This document shows, piece by piece, positions 20,397 to 29,793 of a stretch of 39,938 nt of DNA. The stretch is taken from the sequence record SRR2962707_699; one strand, given 5' to 3'. Numbering within the stretch: the stretch's first letter is position 1; each line of letters opens with the position of its first letter. The notes beneath the pieces are model-generated. The model did not search any database. It saw only the letters and a list, made by a program, of their open reading frames with translations, and was not told the origin of the DNA. The translations under genes and the position numbers were made by a program.

Positions 20397-20472
20397 CTGG
20401 GCGTTCCCCAACAAAAAGGTTGGGGCGGGCTTTTCGCGGTACACGGTACCTTGCTTCAATCCCTAACGCAAA
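20397..20472. ncRNA. Flavo-1-like structured RNA/DNA element
   Basis: GCGTT/AACGC closing stem, ccccaac/gttgggg hairpin, ggg...ccc stem with an inner ggtac/gtacc hairpin. The GGGCTTT...CTTCAATCCCTAACGC signature is recalled from the Flavo-1 motif. Strand uncertain. Confidence 0.6.
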
Positions 20473-20601
20473 CTTTTACGAAAATAGAAAAAGCCTCTCA
20501 ATAATTAATGTAGGAACTTCTTAATTTATTAAAAGGTTATTAACGGTTTTGGGTCTTGAGATTAATGAGCCAGAAGTCGGTCCTGAGTTTTTTCGTACTT
20601 T

Positions 20602-20787
20602 GGACTTTGCAGCTCTACAAATTCGCAATTTCGCCTCTTAAAGAGTTACGATTTTACAAGGTTACGTTGTTACGAAGAAAGAAATCGCTAACTGAGTACT
20701 GAACACTCCTGACTTAGGACTTTGCAACTCTACAAATTCGCAATTTCACTTCTTAAAAAAGCTATGAAGTTACGTTGTCATGAAGAA
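20602..20787. repeat. Imperfect tandem duplication, period about 115 bp
   Basis: ggactttgcaRctctacaaattcgcaatttc...gttacgttgt..gaagaa at 20602-20679 and 20717-20787. Confidence 0.85.
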
Positions 20788-20845
20788 GTATACAGAGCAC
20801 TACCTACTGAATTTGCCTCTTTACCTCTTTACAACACATTTGGAC

Positions 20846-22525
20846 TTACCCAATAATCATTCCTGCAATTGTGGCCGATAATAATGAGGCTATAGAACCT
20901 CCAATAACGGCTTTCATTCCAAATTCTGATAAATTTTTACGTTGCCCTGGTGCTAATGAACCAATTCCGCCAATTTGAATTCCAATAGAAGCAAAATTTG
21001 CAAATCCACATAACATATAGGTAGCCATAATAACAGATTTATTGTAAGTAAAATGTGTAAGGCTTGTTATGTCTTTTAAGCTAGCCAATTGTACGTACCC
21101 TACAAACTCACTAGCTGCAAGTTTAATACCCAGTAATTGCCCCATAAGCATCATATCTTCTTTAGCAACCCCAATTAACCACATAAGAGGAGCAAAAATA
21201 AAACCTAAAATAGATTCCAATGAAAATGATTCATAAGGCGTATTATCAGCTAAAACGGTATTTAAAGTTGTAAGATCTCCAATCCAGCCTAAAACATAAT
21301 TTATCATTGCAATAAACGCAATAAAAACTAAAAGCATAGCGCCAACATTGGCGGCTAATTTTAAACCTTCGGTGGTACCATTTGCTATGGCGTCAAGTAT
21401 GTTGGAACCAATTTTATCGGTAGAAACTTCTACATCTGGATTAACTTTTTCCTGTTGTGGATATAGCATTTTTGAAATTACTATTGCTCCTGGAGCTGCC
21501 ATTACCGAGGCTGCTAACAAATGTTTTGCAAATTGAAGTCTAAGTTCTGGGTCATCGCCCCCTAAAAATCCAATATAGGCAGCTAACACACCACCAGCAA
21601 CAGTAGCCATTCCACCAACCATAACAAGTAAGATTTCAGAACGAGTCATGCGCTCTAAATATGCCTTAATCATTAGTGGAGCTTCTGTTTGTCCTAAAAA
21701 AATATTTCCAGCAACCGATAAACTTTCGGCTCCAGAAATTCCTAATAATTTAGAAAGCACAATTGCCATCCCTTTTACTACTATTTGAATAACCCCTAAA
21801 TAGAATAAAACAGAGGTAAGTGCCGAAAAGAATACAATAGTTGGAAGCACTTGAAATAAGAAAATGAATCCGAAACTGTCGGCATTCATTAAATCTCCTA
21901 GCAGAAATTCACTTCCTGCGGCTGTAAAATCTAGGATTAAAACAAAAATACTACCAATCCATTCAAAAGTATTTTGGACAAAAGAAATTTCTAAAACTCC
22001 AATAGCTAGTATTAATTGAGCTGCGAGTCCTATTCCTACTGTTTTCCAATTAATAGCTTTTCTGTTGCTGCTAAACAAAAAAGCTATGAATAGTAAAGAT
22101 GCCATTCCTAATACACCTCTCCATAAGCTGTTAAAGCTAAAGCCTTGGTTTGGAATTAATTCTTGGTATTCTTGTTCAGAAACAAGAACATTATCTTGAG
22201 AAGGAGTTGCTATTAGTTGGTAGGAGTTTGTTTTATTTCCAAAAACCAAAGTAGAATCTGTTAGTTCGGTTACTTTATACCTTTCTAAACTATCGGTTGG
22301 AGCATCAAAATAAAATATGAGATTGTTATTCTGAAAGATATAACTCCCTTTATAGTTGTTGTTTTTTTGAGTGAAATTAAAGTCGCCTTCATTGAAATTC
22401 AATTTACTTATTGCAGATTTTGAAGTGGTATTTTCAGAAGAAGACCATTTTTTTTCAATGTCTTGTGCTACCAATGTACCGGTAAAACAAATTGCTAATA
22501 GTAGTAATAGTATTTTTTTCAACAC
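20846..22525 (-). CDS. nupC: CNT family (NupC-type) nucleoside transporter with extra N-terminal exported domain
   Basis: NIFLGQTEAPL, ATVAGG, SVMAAP, SEFVGY, LCGFANFASIGIQIGG motifs. GTG start. Confidence 0.92.
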   Translation of the reverse strand: MLKKILLLLLAICFTGTLVAQDIEKKWSSSENTTSKSAISKLNFNEGDFNFTQKNNNYKGSYIFQNNNLIFYFDAPTDSLERYKVTELTDSTLVFGNKTNSYQLIATPSQDNVLVSEQEYQELIPNQGFSFNSLWRGVLGMASLLFIAFLFSSNRKAINWKTVGIGLAAQLILAIGVLEISFVQNTFEWIGSIFVLILDFTAAGSEFLLGDLMNADSFGFIFLFQVLPTIVFFSALTSVLFYLGVIQIVVKGMAIVLSKLLGISGAESLSVAGNIFLGQTEAPLMIKAYLERMTRSEILLVMVGGMATVAGGVLAAYIGFLGGDDPELRLQFAKHLLAASVMAAPGAIVISKMLYPQQEKVNPDVEVSTDKIGSNILDAIANGTTEGLKLAANVGAMLLVFIAFIAMINYVLGWIGDLTTLNTVLADNTPYESFSLESILGFIFAPLMWLIGVAKEDMMLMGQLLGIKLAASEFVGYVQLASLKDITSLTHFTYNKSVIMATYMLCGFANFASIGIQIGGIGSLAPGQRKNLSEFGMKAVIGGSIASLLSATIAGMIIG

Positions 22526-22657
22526 GTTTTTATTTGTATCCTTATTTTAGGTAAATTTCTTTAAAATAACATTTATAATACTACTGTTATTTCCCTTATT
22601 AGGTGTTTAGCTTGGCGGGTTAATTCTGTTTTTTGTCTTAATTAGTTTTTTTAAAAC

Positions 22658-23281
22658 TTAATTGTTTTCTCTTTTAGAAATTTCATCTCTAATTTTAGCA
22701 GCCTTCTCATAATCTTCATTAGCAACAGCACCATCGAGCATGGTGTATAATTCTTGAAGAGAATATGTTTTATAGGATGTATCACTAGCTTTTGGAGCAG
22801 ATTCTCCACTTAAAATTTCATCAACAATAATGCTTTCTTTTTCTTCCTCTCCTTCTTCTTTAGGCGAAAATTTGAGAAAAATTCCAGCTTTATCTAAAAT
22901 GTTTTTATAGGTAAATATAGGTGCGTTAAAACGTAATGCTAGGGCAATAGCATCGCTTGTTCTGGCATCTATTATTTCTTCAATTTTATCGCGTTCACAA
23001 ATAATGCTCGAATAAAAAACACCATCCACCAATTTATGAATAATAACCTGTTTAACAACAATTTCAAAGCGATCTGCAAAGCTCTTAAATAAGTCGTGTG
23101 TTAAAGGTCTTGGTGGTTTTATTTCTTTTTCAAGCGCTATGGCAATTGATTGTGCTTCAAAGGCACCAATTACAATAGGGAGCTTTCTTTCTCCTTCCAC
23201 TTCATTTAATATCAAAGCGTAAGCTCCATTTTGGGTCTGACTATATGAAATCCCCTTTATGTTTAATTTTACTAAACTCAT
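22658..23281 (-). CDS. Bifunctional nuclease family (DUF151) protein with C-terminal UVR domain
   Basis: LPIVIGAFEAQSI, PRPLTHDL, DARTSDAIALA, and EDYEKAAKIRDEI. Confidence 0.92.
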   Translation of the reverse strand: MSLVKLNIKGISYSQTQNGAYALILNEVEGERKLPIVIGAFEAQSIAIALEKEIKPPRPLTHDLFKSFADRFEIVVKQVIIHKLVDGVFYSSIICERDKIEEIIDARTSDAIALALRFNAPIFTYKNILDKAGIFLKFSPKEEGEEEKESIIVDEILSGESAPKASDTSYKTYSLQELYTMLDGAVANEDYEKAAKIRDEISKRENN

Positions 23282-23301
23282 ACATCATTTAAAATAGCAA
23301 A

Positions 23302-23342
23302 GGCTGTCTAAACAATGGGCAAATCCCAAAATTTAGACAGCC
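23302..23342 (-). terminator. Hairpin between etfA and the DUF151 gene (terminator or attenuator)
   Basis: ggctgtctaaa/tttagacagcc 11-bp stem with inner tggg/ccca. Interrupted U-tract on the minus strand. Confidence 0.6.
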
Positions 23343-23367
23343 CTTTAGGGGCACAATTTAACAAAAA

Positions 23368-24336
23368 TTATGCGTTATTCGCTTTAAATTCTTTCAATTT
23401 TTCGATTAACTGAGGAACCACTTCGAAAGCATCCCCTACAACCCCGTAGTCTGCAGCCTTAAAGAAGGGAGCTTCTGGGTCATTATTAATAACCACTTTT
23501 ACTTTTGAAGCATTAATCCCTGCCAAATGTTGTATAGCTCCAGATATTCCTACAGCAATATAAAGATTGGCAGCTACTGGTTTCCCTGTTTGTCCAACAT
23601 GTTCTCCATGTGGACGCCATCCCATATCGGAAACTGGTTTTGAACAAGCAGTTGCAGCACCTAGAACATCGGCTAATTCTTCAATCATTCCCCAATTTTC
23701 AGGCCCTTTTAATCCACGACCAGCAGATACTACAATTTCAGCATCAGCAATAGTTACTTTTCCAGTTACTTTGTCTACAGAAGTTACTTCCGTAGAGAAA
23801 TCTCCTTCATTTAATTCAGGAGTAAAATCTTCCGTAGTAGCTGCAGCATCACTTTCTTTTAAACCGAAAGCATTTTTAGATAATCCTACTAATTTTACAT
23901 CTGTAGAAATTTCTGTAATATTGAATGCTTTATTGGTAAAAGCGGTGCGTTTTACTTTAAAAGGACTTTCACTTTCTGGTAATGCAACAACATTTGAGGC
24001 ATATCCTGCATTGAGATTAATAGCTAAAATAGGTGCTAAAAATTTAGCATTTGCACTAGAACTTATTACAATTACCTTGCTATTTTCTTTAGCAGCAGCT
24101 TGTTTTAAAACATCAGCATATGCTTTTGCATTAAAATTATTTAATTTATCGTTTGTAACGGTTAAAACTTTTTCAACCCCGTATTTTCCTAATTCAGCGG
24201 TATCGGTTGCATTTACAGTTACAGCAGTAACGATGGTTCCAAGCATATCGGCAACGCCTTTTGCGTAAGAAGCAACTTCTAGAGCTGTTTTTTTAAGTTT
24301 TCCGTTTTCCGTTTCAGTATAAACAAGAACAGACAT
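23368..24336 (-). CDS. etfA: Electron transfer flavoprotein alpha subunit
   Basis: SAGRG, VGQTGK, GISGAIQHLAG, INNDPEAPFF motifs. Confidence 0.97.
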   Translation of the reverse strand: MSVLVYTETENGKLKKTALEVASYAKGVADMLGTIVTAVTVNATDTAELGKYGVEKVLTVTNDKLNNFNAKAYADVLKQAAAKENSKVIVISSSANAKFLAPILAINLNAGYASNVVALPESESPFKVKRTAFTNKAFNITEISTDVKLVGLSKNAFGLKESDAAATTEDFTPELNEGDFSTEVTSVDKVTGKVTIADAEIVVSAGRGLKGPENWGMIEELADVLGAATACSKPVSDMGWRPHGEHVGQTGKPVAANLYIAVGISGAIQHLAGINASKVKVVINNDPEAPFFKAADYGVVGDAFEVVPQLIEKLKEFKANNA

Positions 24337-24344
24337 ATGTTTTT

Positions 24345-24402
24345 AGTTAAAAGTTAAAAGTTAAAAAGTTAAAAAGTTGAAGGTTGAAAAAGTTGAAAGT
24401 TT
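24345..24402. repeat. 7-9 nt tandem repeat (AGTTRAA[A])n between etfB and etfA
   Basis: About 8 consecutive agttaaa / agttaaaa / agttgaa units. Confidence 0.85.
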
Positions 24403-24475
24403 AGTATTTCTCTATGTAGAAAGAAATTTAATTTCTATTCAACTACCTACTTTTATCTTTTTACTTTGTATTTTG

Positions 24476-25216
24476 TTATATTACTTTAGCTTCGTTATGT
24501 AAAAGACTTACTAGTTCGTCCAAATTGTCTGGAGCTACTAATTTTATAGCGCCTTTAGCAGCGGGTTTTTCAAAGGCTACAGCCTTTGTGCTTATGCTAG
24601 CGTCTACTGGCTCAACAACATTAAGGGCTTTTTTACGGGCCATCATAATACCTCTCATATTAGGTATTTTTAGGTCGCTTTCTTCCACAAGACCTTTTTG
24701 TCCTCCAATAACTAATGGGAATGTAGTTTTTAAGGTTTCTTTTCCACCGTCAATTTCTCGAATTGCTGTTGCATTTTCTCCTTCAACCTCTAAACTGATA
24801 CAATTATTTACAAAATTAGCATCAATTAAGGTAGCTAGCATTCCAGGAACCATTCCTCCATTATAGTCGATAGATTCTCTTCCTGCAATTATTAAATCAA
24901 AATCTTTAGCAACATTGGCTAATTGTTTTGCAACAAAAAAACCATCGGTTGGGTTTGTATTTATTCTTATGGCTTCATCTGCACCAATAGCTAATGCTTT
25001 TCTCAGTGTAGGTTCGGTCTCTGTTCCTCCAACATTCACTACTGTTACGGTAGCTCCTTGTTTTTCTTTGAACCACATGGCACGTGTTAATCCAAACTCG
25101 TCATTCGGATTTATAACAAATTGCACACCATTTGTATCAAACTTTGAATCTCCGTCAGTAAAATTTATTTTTGACGTAGTGTCTGGTACGTGGCTTATAC
25201 ACACTAATATCTTCAT
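24476..25216 (-). CDS. etfB: Electron transfer flavoprotein beta subunit
   Basis: VPDT, INPNDE, ALAIGADEA, GRESID, REIDGG motifs. Confidence 0.97.
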   Translation of the reverse strand: MKILVCISHVPDTTSKINFTDGDSKFDTNGVQFVINPNDEFGLTRAMWFKEKQGATVTVVNVGGTETEPTLRKALAIGADEAIRINTNPTDGFFVAKQLANVAKDFDLIIAGRESIDYNGGMVPGMLATLIDANFVNNCISLEVEGENATAIREIDGGKETLKTTFPLVIGGQKGLVEESDLKIPNMRGIMMARKKALNVVEPVDASISTKAVAFEKPAAKGAIKLVAPDNLDELVSLLHNEAKVI

Positions 25217-25283
25217 ATTTTAGGTAATTTTTTGTGATTTTACTATATGTGTTACGAAGATACTGATAATTTACAAAATATGC

Positions 25284-25295
25284 TATGCATGCATA
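25284..25295. promoter_or_regulatory. Perfect palindrome TATGCATGCATA in the divergent etfB/pdhB promoter region (candidate operator)
   Basis: 12-bp palindrome flanked by aatat/atatt, between a TATCTTCG (-) and a TATTTTTG (+) -7 box. Confidence 0.4.
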
Positions 25296-25341
25296 ATATT
25301 TTTTTATTAAAATCTTATGGAGATAGTTCTCATAGAATTAC

Positions 25342-25349
25342 TATTTTTG
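25342..25349 (+). promoter_or_regulatory. -7 promoter box (TATTTTTG) for pdhB
   Basis: TAnnTTTG match about 45 nt upstream of the start. Confidence 0.6.
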
Positions 25350-25393
25350 CTATGCTTAAATAAAATAGACTTTAATAATATCAAATAAAATAG

Positions 25394-26371
25394 ATGAAAA
25401 CAATTCAGTTTAGAGAAGCGGTATGCGAGGCAATGAGCGAGGAGATGCGTAGAGATGAATCGATTTACCTTATGGGGGAAGAGGTTGCAGAATACAATGG
25501 TGCATACAAGGCTTCTAAAGGGATGTTAGACGAATTTGGTCCTGAGCGCGTATTGGACACACCAATTTCTGAACTTGGTTTTGCTGGAATCGGTGTTGGT
25601 TCTGCAATGAATGGAAATAGACCAATTATTGAGTTTATGACCTTTAACTTTGCTTTGGTAGGGATTGACCAGATTATTAATAACGCAGCAAAAATCCGCC
25701 AGATGTCGGGTGGGCAATTAAATTGTCCAATCGTTTTTCGTGGTCCTACAGCTTCTGCTGGTCAGTTAGGAGCAACACACTCTCAGGCTTTTGAAAGTTG
25801 GTTTGCTAACTGTCCTGGTTTAAAAGTAGTAGTTCCATCAAATCCAAACGATGCAAAAGGGTTATTAAAGGCAGCTATTAGAGATGATGATCCAGTTATT
25901 TTTATGGAATCTGAACAGATGTATGGAGATAAAGGAGAAGTTCCAGAAGGAGATTATACTATTCCATTAGGAGTTGCAGATATAAAAAGAGAAGGAAGTG
26001 ATGTTACCATTGTTTCTTTTGGGAAAATTATTAAAGAAGCATACAAAGCTGCAGACGAATTAGAAAAAGATGGCATTAGTTGTGAAATTATCGACCTTAG
26101 AACTGTAAGACCGATGGATCATGAAACTATTTTGAAATCTGTTAAGAAAACAAATCGTTTGGTTATTCTTGAAGAGGCTTGGCCTTTCGGAAATATCGCT
26201 ACAGAGATAACGTATCAAGTTCAATCACAAGCATTTGATTATTTAGATGCGCCAATTATTAAAATTAATACAGCAGATACACCTGCTCCTTATTCTCCTG
26301 TTCTTTTAGAAGAATGGTTGCCAAATGCAGGGGACGTTGTGAAGGCTGTAAAAAAAGTTTTATACAAATAA
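25394..26371 (+). CDS. pdhB: Pyruvate dehydrogenase E1 beta subunit
   Basis: GEEVAEYNGAYK, DTPISELGF, EFMTFNF, HSQ, IDLRTVRP motifs. Confidence 0.95.
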   Translation: MKTIQFREAVCEAMSEEMRRDESIYLMGEEVAEYNGAYKASKGMLDEFGPERVLDTPISELGFAGIGVGSAMNGNRPIIEFMTFNFALVGIDQIINNAAKIRQMSGGQLNCPIVFRGPTASAGQLGATHSQAFESWFANCPGLKVVVPSNPNDAKGLLKAAIRDDDPVIFMESEQMYGDKGEVPEGDYTIPLGVADIKREGSDVTIVSFGKIIKEAYKAADELEKDGISCEIIDLRTVRPMDHETILKSVKKTNRLVILEEAWPFGNIATEITYQVQSQAFDYLDAPIIKINTADTPAPYSPVLLEEWLPNAGDVVKAVKKVLYK

Positions 26372-26391
26372 GCGAAATTTTTCGTTAATAT

Positions 26392-26428
26392 AACTTCACT
26401 GACTATCTTTAGCCAGTGAAGTTTTTTT
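26392..26428 (+). terminator. Intrinsic terminator after pdhB
   Basis: aacttcactg/cagtgaagtt stem followed by a T-run. Confidence 0.75.
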
Positions 26429-26434
26429 ATTTAT

Positions 26435-28927
26435 ATGAAGTACATACTATCCCTATTTATAATATTTTTTTCAATTACACTAGCTGCTCAAACTAAAGTG
26501 AGCGGTATTGTTGTAGACAGTGAAGGGATAGAAATTCCTTACGCAAATGTAATGTTCCCAAATTCTTCTGAAGGGACTATTACTAATGAAGAAGGACGTT
26601 TTTATTTAGAATCCGACTCTACCTATGGTATTTTGTCGGTTACTTTAATTGGGTACGCCTCAGAGGAAATAAAATTAGAAAAGAAAGTAAACTACGATTT
26701 AAAAGTAGTATTAAATGAAGGGGAGGAGCTAGATGAAGTAGTGCTTTATGTAGGAAAGCAGCCTAAAAAGGGGAATCCAGCCATCGAAATTCTTAAAAAA
26801 GTATGGGCAAAAAAACGTCAAAACGGAATTTATCTTTTTGATCAATATAAATATGATAAATACGAAAAAATAGAATTCGACTTTAATACTATCGACAGTG
26901 CTTTTATGAGCAAAAATATTTTCAAAGGGATGGAATTTATTTTTGATCAAGTAGATACTTCAAATGTTACCGGGAAAACATACCTCCCAATCTTTATAAA
27001 TGAGGCCGTTTCGGAAGTTTATGGAGATAATAAAATGAACGAAAAGGTTGAAAGATTAGTCGGAAATAAAAATTCTGGATTCAATACAAATCAAAGCGTA
27101 ATATCTTTTGTAAAAGACCTTTATGCCGATTATAATATTTACAATAACTATATAAAACTTTTTAATAAAAGCTTTGTGAGTCCGCTTTCAAAAACGGGAG
27201 TAGATGTGTATAATTATGTGCTAACCGATAGTTCTTATGTAGATAATAAATGGTGTTATAATATTGTTTATTATCCTCGAAGAAAAAATGAAATGACCTT
27301 TAAAGGGAATTTTTGGGTAAACGATACCACATTTGCAGTGAAAGATATCAATATGCAAGTCTCAAAAAGCGCCAACGTAAACTGGGTGAAGGAGCTTTAT
27401 ATTGAACAAGAGTTTGAGGTGTTAAGCGACTCTGTCTTTCTGCTGAAAAGAGATTATTTATTGAGCGATTTTAGTTTGCGTAAAAAGGAAGAGTCTCGTG
27501 GACTATACGGAAAAAGAACTACTGTTTACAATAATTATGAGTTTGATAAAGAGAAACCTAAAAGTTTTTATAATAAACGGGTAGATCCATATAATGAATT
27601 AATTTATAATCGAGATAGTACTTTTTGGGATCAAAATCGTTTAGAAAGTTTAAATGATGACGAAAAGGGAGTTTACAAAATGTTAGACACCTTAAAAACA
27701 GTTCCAAAATTTAAACGTTTATACGATTTAACAACCATTTTAGTTTCTGGATATGTAGAAATACCAAAACTTAATCTGGATTTCGGACCTATATATTCCA
27801 GTTTTGGGTATAACGAAGCAGAAGGAATACGCCTGAGGGCAGGAGGAAGAACGTACTTCGGGCCAAACGACCCATGGCGATTGCAAGGGTATACAGCCTA
27901 CGGTTTTAAAGATAAAAAGTTTAAATACGGGTTTTCAGGAAAGTGGCTTTTAGATAGAAAAAACCGACTCATAATCTCTGGTGGGACTAGAAGAGATGTA
28001 GAACAACTCGGAACAAGTTTAACATCTTCTTCCGATGTTTTAGGAAGAAGTTTTGCTTCTTCAGCAATTTTTACCGCAGGAAGTAATAATACGTTAACCG
28101 ATTTAAACCTTACTACTTTCGGAATAGAATATGAGCCTGTAAAAAATTTAGTTTTAAAAACAGAAACCAATTTTAGAACCTTGCGTTCTGCTTTACCAGA
28201 AGATTTTAATTTAGATTATGTAGATCCAGACGCTCCAGGAGGAATCTCTAGTGAGACCAAGCAGTATGATGTTAATGTTTCTCTTGATTTTACCCCCGGA
28301 AGAAAGACTACAGGCTATGGAGTAGAGAGAAGTAATGTAAACAGTAATTTTGCACGTTTATATTTGGTATATACAGCAGGCCTAAAAGGCTTTTTAGAGA
28401 GTGATTTTAATTACGAGAAACTTCAGTTTTATTACCGTCAACCATTTCAATTAGGCGGTATAGGTCGTACTATAACCACAGTAGAAGCTGGGAAAACTTT
28501 TGGGGAAGTTCCGTTGAGTTTATTAAGCCCAATTCCTGGTAACCAAACGTATTTTTCTATATTTAATACCTTTCCTAACCTTAATTTCTACGAATTTGTA
28601 ACCGATACGTATGTGTCTGGGCAGATAGAACATAATTTTAATGGTCGTTTATTTTCAAAAATTCCATTTCTTAAAAAATTAGATCTACGAGAAATAGTTG
28701 GATTAAGAGCTGTTTGGGGAGAGATTTCTGATGCAAATATTGCTCTAAGCGCACCCGCAGGTGCAATTCTTCGTGCCCCAACAGATGAGGTGTATTACGA
28801 ATACTCTTTTGGAATAGCCAATATCTTTAAAATTATCCGCATCGATTTTAATTTCCGAGGGAATTACTTAGATATTCCAGATGCCCGTCCTTTCTCAATT
28901 ACTGGGAATTTGGAGTTTGTGTTTTAA
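26435..28927 (+). CDS. Outer-membrane protein with N-terminal carboxypeptidase-regulatory-like domain and DUF5686-like body
   Basis: Signal peptide, GTITNEEGRF, LDEVVL, FVSPLS, GYNEAEGIR motifs, C-terminal Phe. Confidence 0.75.
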   Translation: MKYILSLFIIFFSITLAAQTKVSGIVVDSEGIEIPYANVMFPNSSEGTITNEEGRFYLESDSTYGILSVTLIGYASEEIKLEKKVNYDLKVVLNEGEELDEVVLYVGKQPKKGNPAIEILKKVWAKKRQNGIYLFDQYKYDKYEKIEFDFNTIDSAFMSKNIFKGMEFIFDQVDTSNVTGKTYLPIFINEAVSEVYGDNKMNEKVERLVGNKNSGFNTNQSVISFVKDLYADYNIYNNYIKLFNKSFVSPLSKTGVDVYNYVLTDSSYVDNKWCYNIVYYPRRKNEMTFKGNFWVNDTTFAVKDINMQVSKSANVNWVKELYIEQEFEVLSDSVFLLKRDYLLSDFSLRKKEESRGLYGKRTTVYNNYEFDKEKPKSFYNKRVDPYNELIYNRDSTFWDQNRLESLNDDEKGVYKMLDTLKTVPKFKRLYDLTTILVSGYVEIPKLNLDFGPIYSSFGYNEAEGIRLRAGGRTYFGPNDPWRLQGYTAYGFKDKKFKYGFSGKWLLDRKNRLIISGGTRRDVEQLGTSLTSSSDVLGRSFASSAIFTAGSNNTLTDLNLTTFGIEYEPVKNLVLKTETNFRTLRSALPEDFNLDYVDPDAPGGISSETKQYDVNVSLDFTPGRKTTGYGVERSNVNSNFARLYLVYTAGLKGFLESDFNYEKLQFYYRQPFQLGGIGRTITTVEAGKTFGEVPLSLLSPIPGNQTYFSIFNTFPNLNFYEFVTDTYVSGQIEHNFNGRLFSKIPFLKKLDLREIVGLRAVWGEISDANIALSAPAGAILRAPTDEVYYEYSFGIANIFKIIRIDFNFRGNYLDIPDARPFSITGNLEFVF

Positions 28928-28966
28928 TCCACGTAGTGGTTTTTTGGTGGGTAGGTTGCCTTATTT

Positions 28967-29094
28967 AATCCTTCATGGAGTGTCTAATTCCTCCAGAGCC
29001 AATTCTGAGTATATTGAAGGGCTGTGCGTCGAGATGAGTTAAATTTGTTTTCTTTGGACAGCTTGTGAACTTGTACCGAGATAGTTGATTAAGG
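28967..29094. repeat. Dispersed intergenic element, copy A (copy B at 34793-34897)
   Basis: aatccttcat...tgcgtcga.a.gagt.aaa.ttgttt...ttgtg.a.ttg...ccga..tag..gat. About 70% identity to copy B by hand alignment. Confidence 0.65.
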
Positions 29095-29160
29095 AGTTAA
29101 ATATAGTTGATATTAATAGAACTATACATTTCTTTTGTTGCTTTTAATATTGGTTTTCAT

Positions 29161-29168
29161 TACTTTTG
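29161..29168 (+). promoter_or_regulatory. -7 promoter box (TACTTTTG) for ppa
   Basis: TAnnTTTG match upstream of the start. Confidence 0.6.
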
Positions 29169-29241
29169 CACTCCATTTTAAAGAATATATAACGAGTTTT
29201 GAGTTCATTATCTGAATTCAAAATTTATAATTTAAAAATAG

Positions 29242-29769
29242 ATGAGTTCAGATCAAATAAAGACTTTCGATGTTTTAATCGAAATTCCTAAGGGAAGTAG
29301 AAACAAATACGAGTACGATTTTAAATTGAAAAAAATACGTTACGATCGTATGATTTTCTCTTCAATGATGTATCCTGCTGATTATGGTTTTATTCCTGAA
29401 ACACTAGCGTTAGATGGAGATCCTTTAGATGTTTTAGTCTTGGTTACAGAGCCAACCTTCCCTGGTTGTGTTATGGAGGTAAAACCAATTGGAGTTTTCC
29501 ATATGGAAGATGAAAAAGGACCAGATGAGAAAGTAATTTGTGTGCCAGTTTCAGATCCAATTTGGAATCGTGTAAATGATTTAAGCGAATTGAATCCACA
29601 TTTAATAAAAGAAATCGAACACTTCTTTCAAGTATATAAAGACTTAGAGAAAAAGAAAGTTTCTATCGGAGGATGGGGAGCTTTAGAAGACGCAAAAGAT
29701 ATCGTTGCTAAATGTATCAACCGTTTTCAAGATAGCGACGTTCCTAGAGAAGAAGTTAGTATCGACTAA
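29242..29769 (+). CDS. ppa: Soluble inorganic pyrophosphatase, family I
   Basis: EIPKGS, KYE, YGFIP, DGDPLDV, DEK motifs. Confidence 0.97.
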   Translation: MSSDQIKTFDVLIEIPKGSRNKYEYDFKLKKIRYDRMIFSSMMYPADYGFIPETLALDGDPLDVLVLVTEPTFPGCVMEVKPIGVFHMEDEKGPDEKVICVPVSDPIWNRVNDLSELNPHLIKEIEHFFQVYKDLEKKKVSIGGWGALEDAKDIVAKCINRFQDSDVPREEVSID

Positions 29770-29793
29770 AAATAATCTTAGTTTTAAGATATT

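Noticed and set aside
20570..20845. CRISPR array in the nupC-thyA spacer
   Set aside because: Only two imperfect long copies, no constant repeat with unique spacers, and no cas genes.
23567..25223. Plus-strand ORFs of 233, 113 and 102 aa
   Set aside because: Antisense shadows of etfA and etfB with no recognisable domains.
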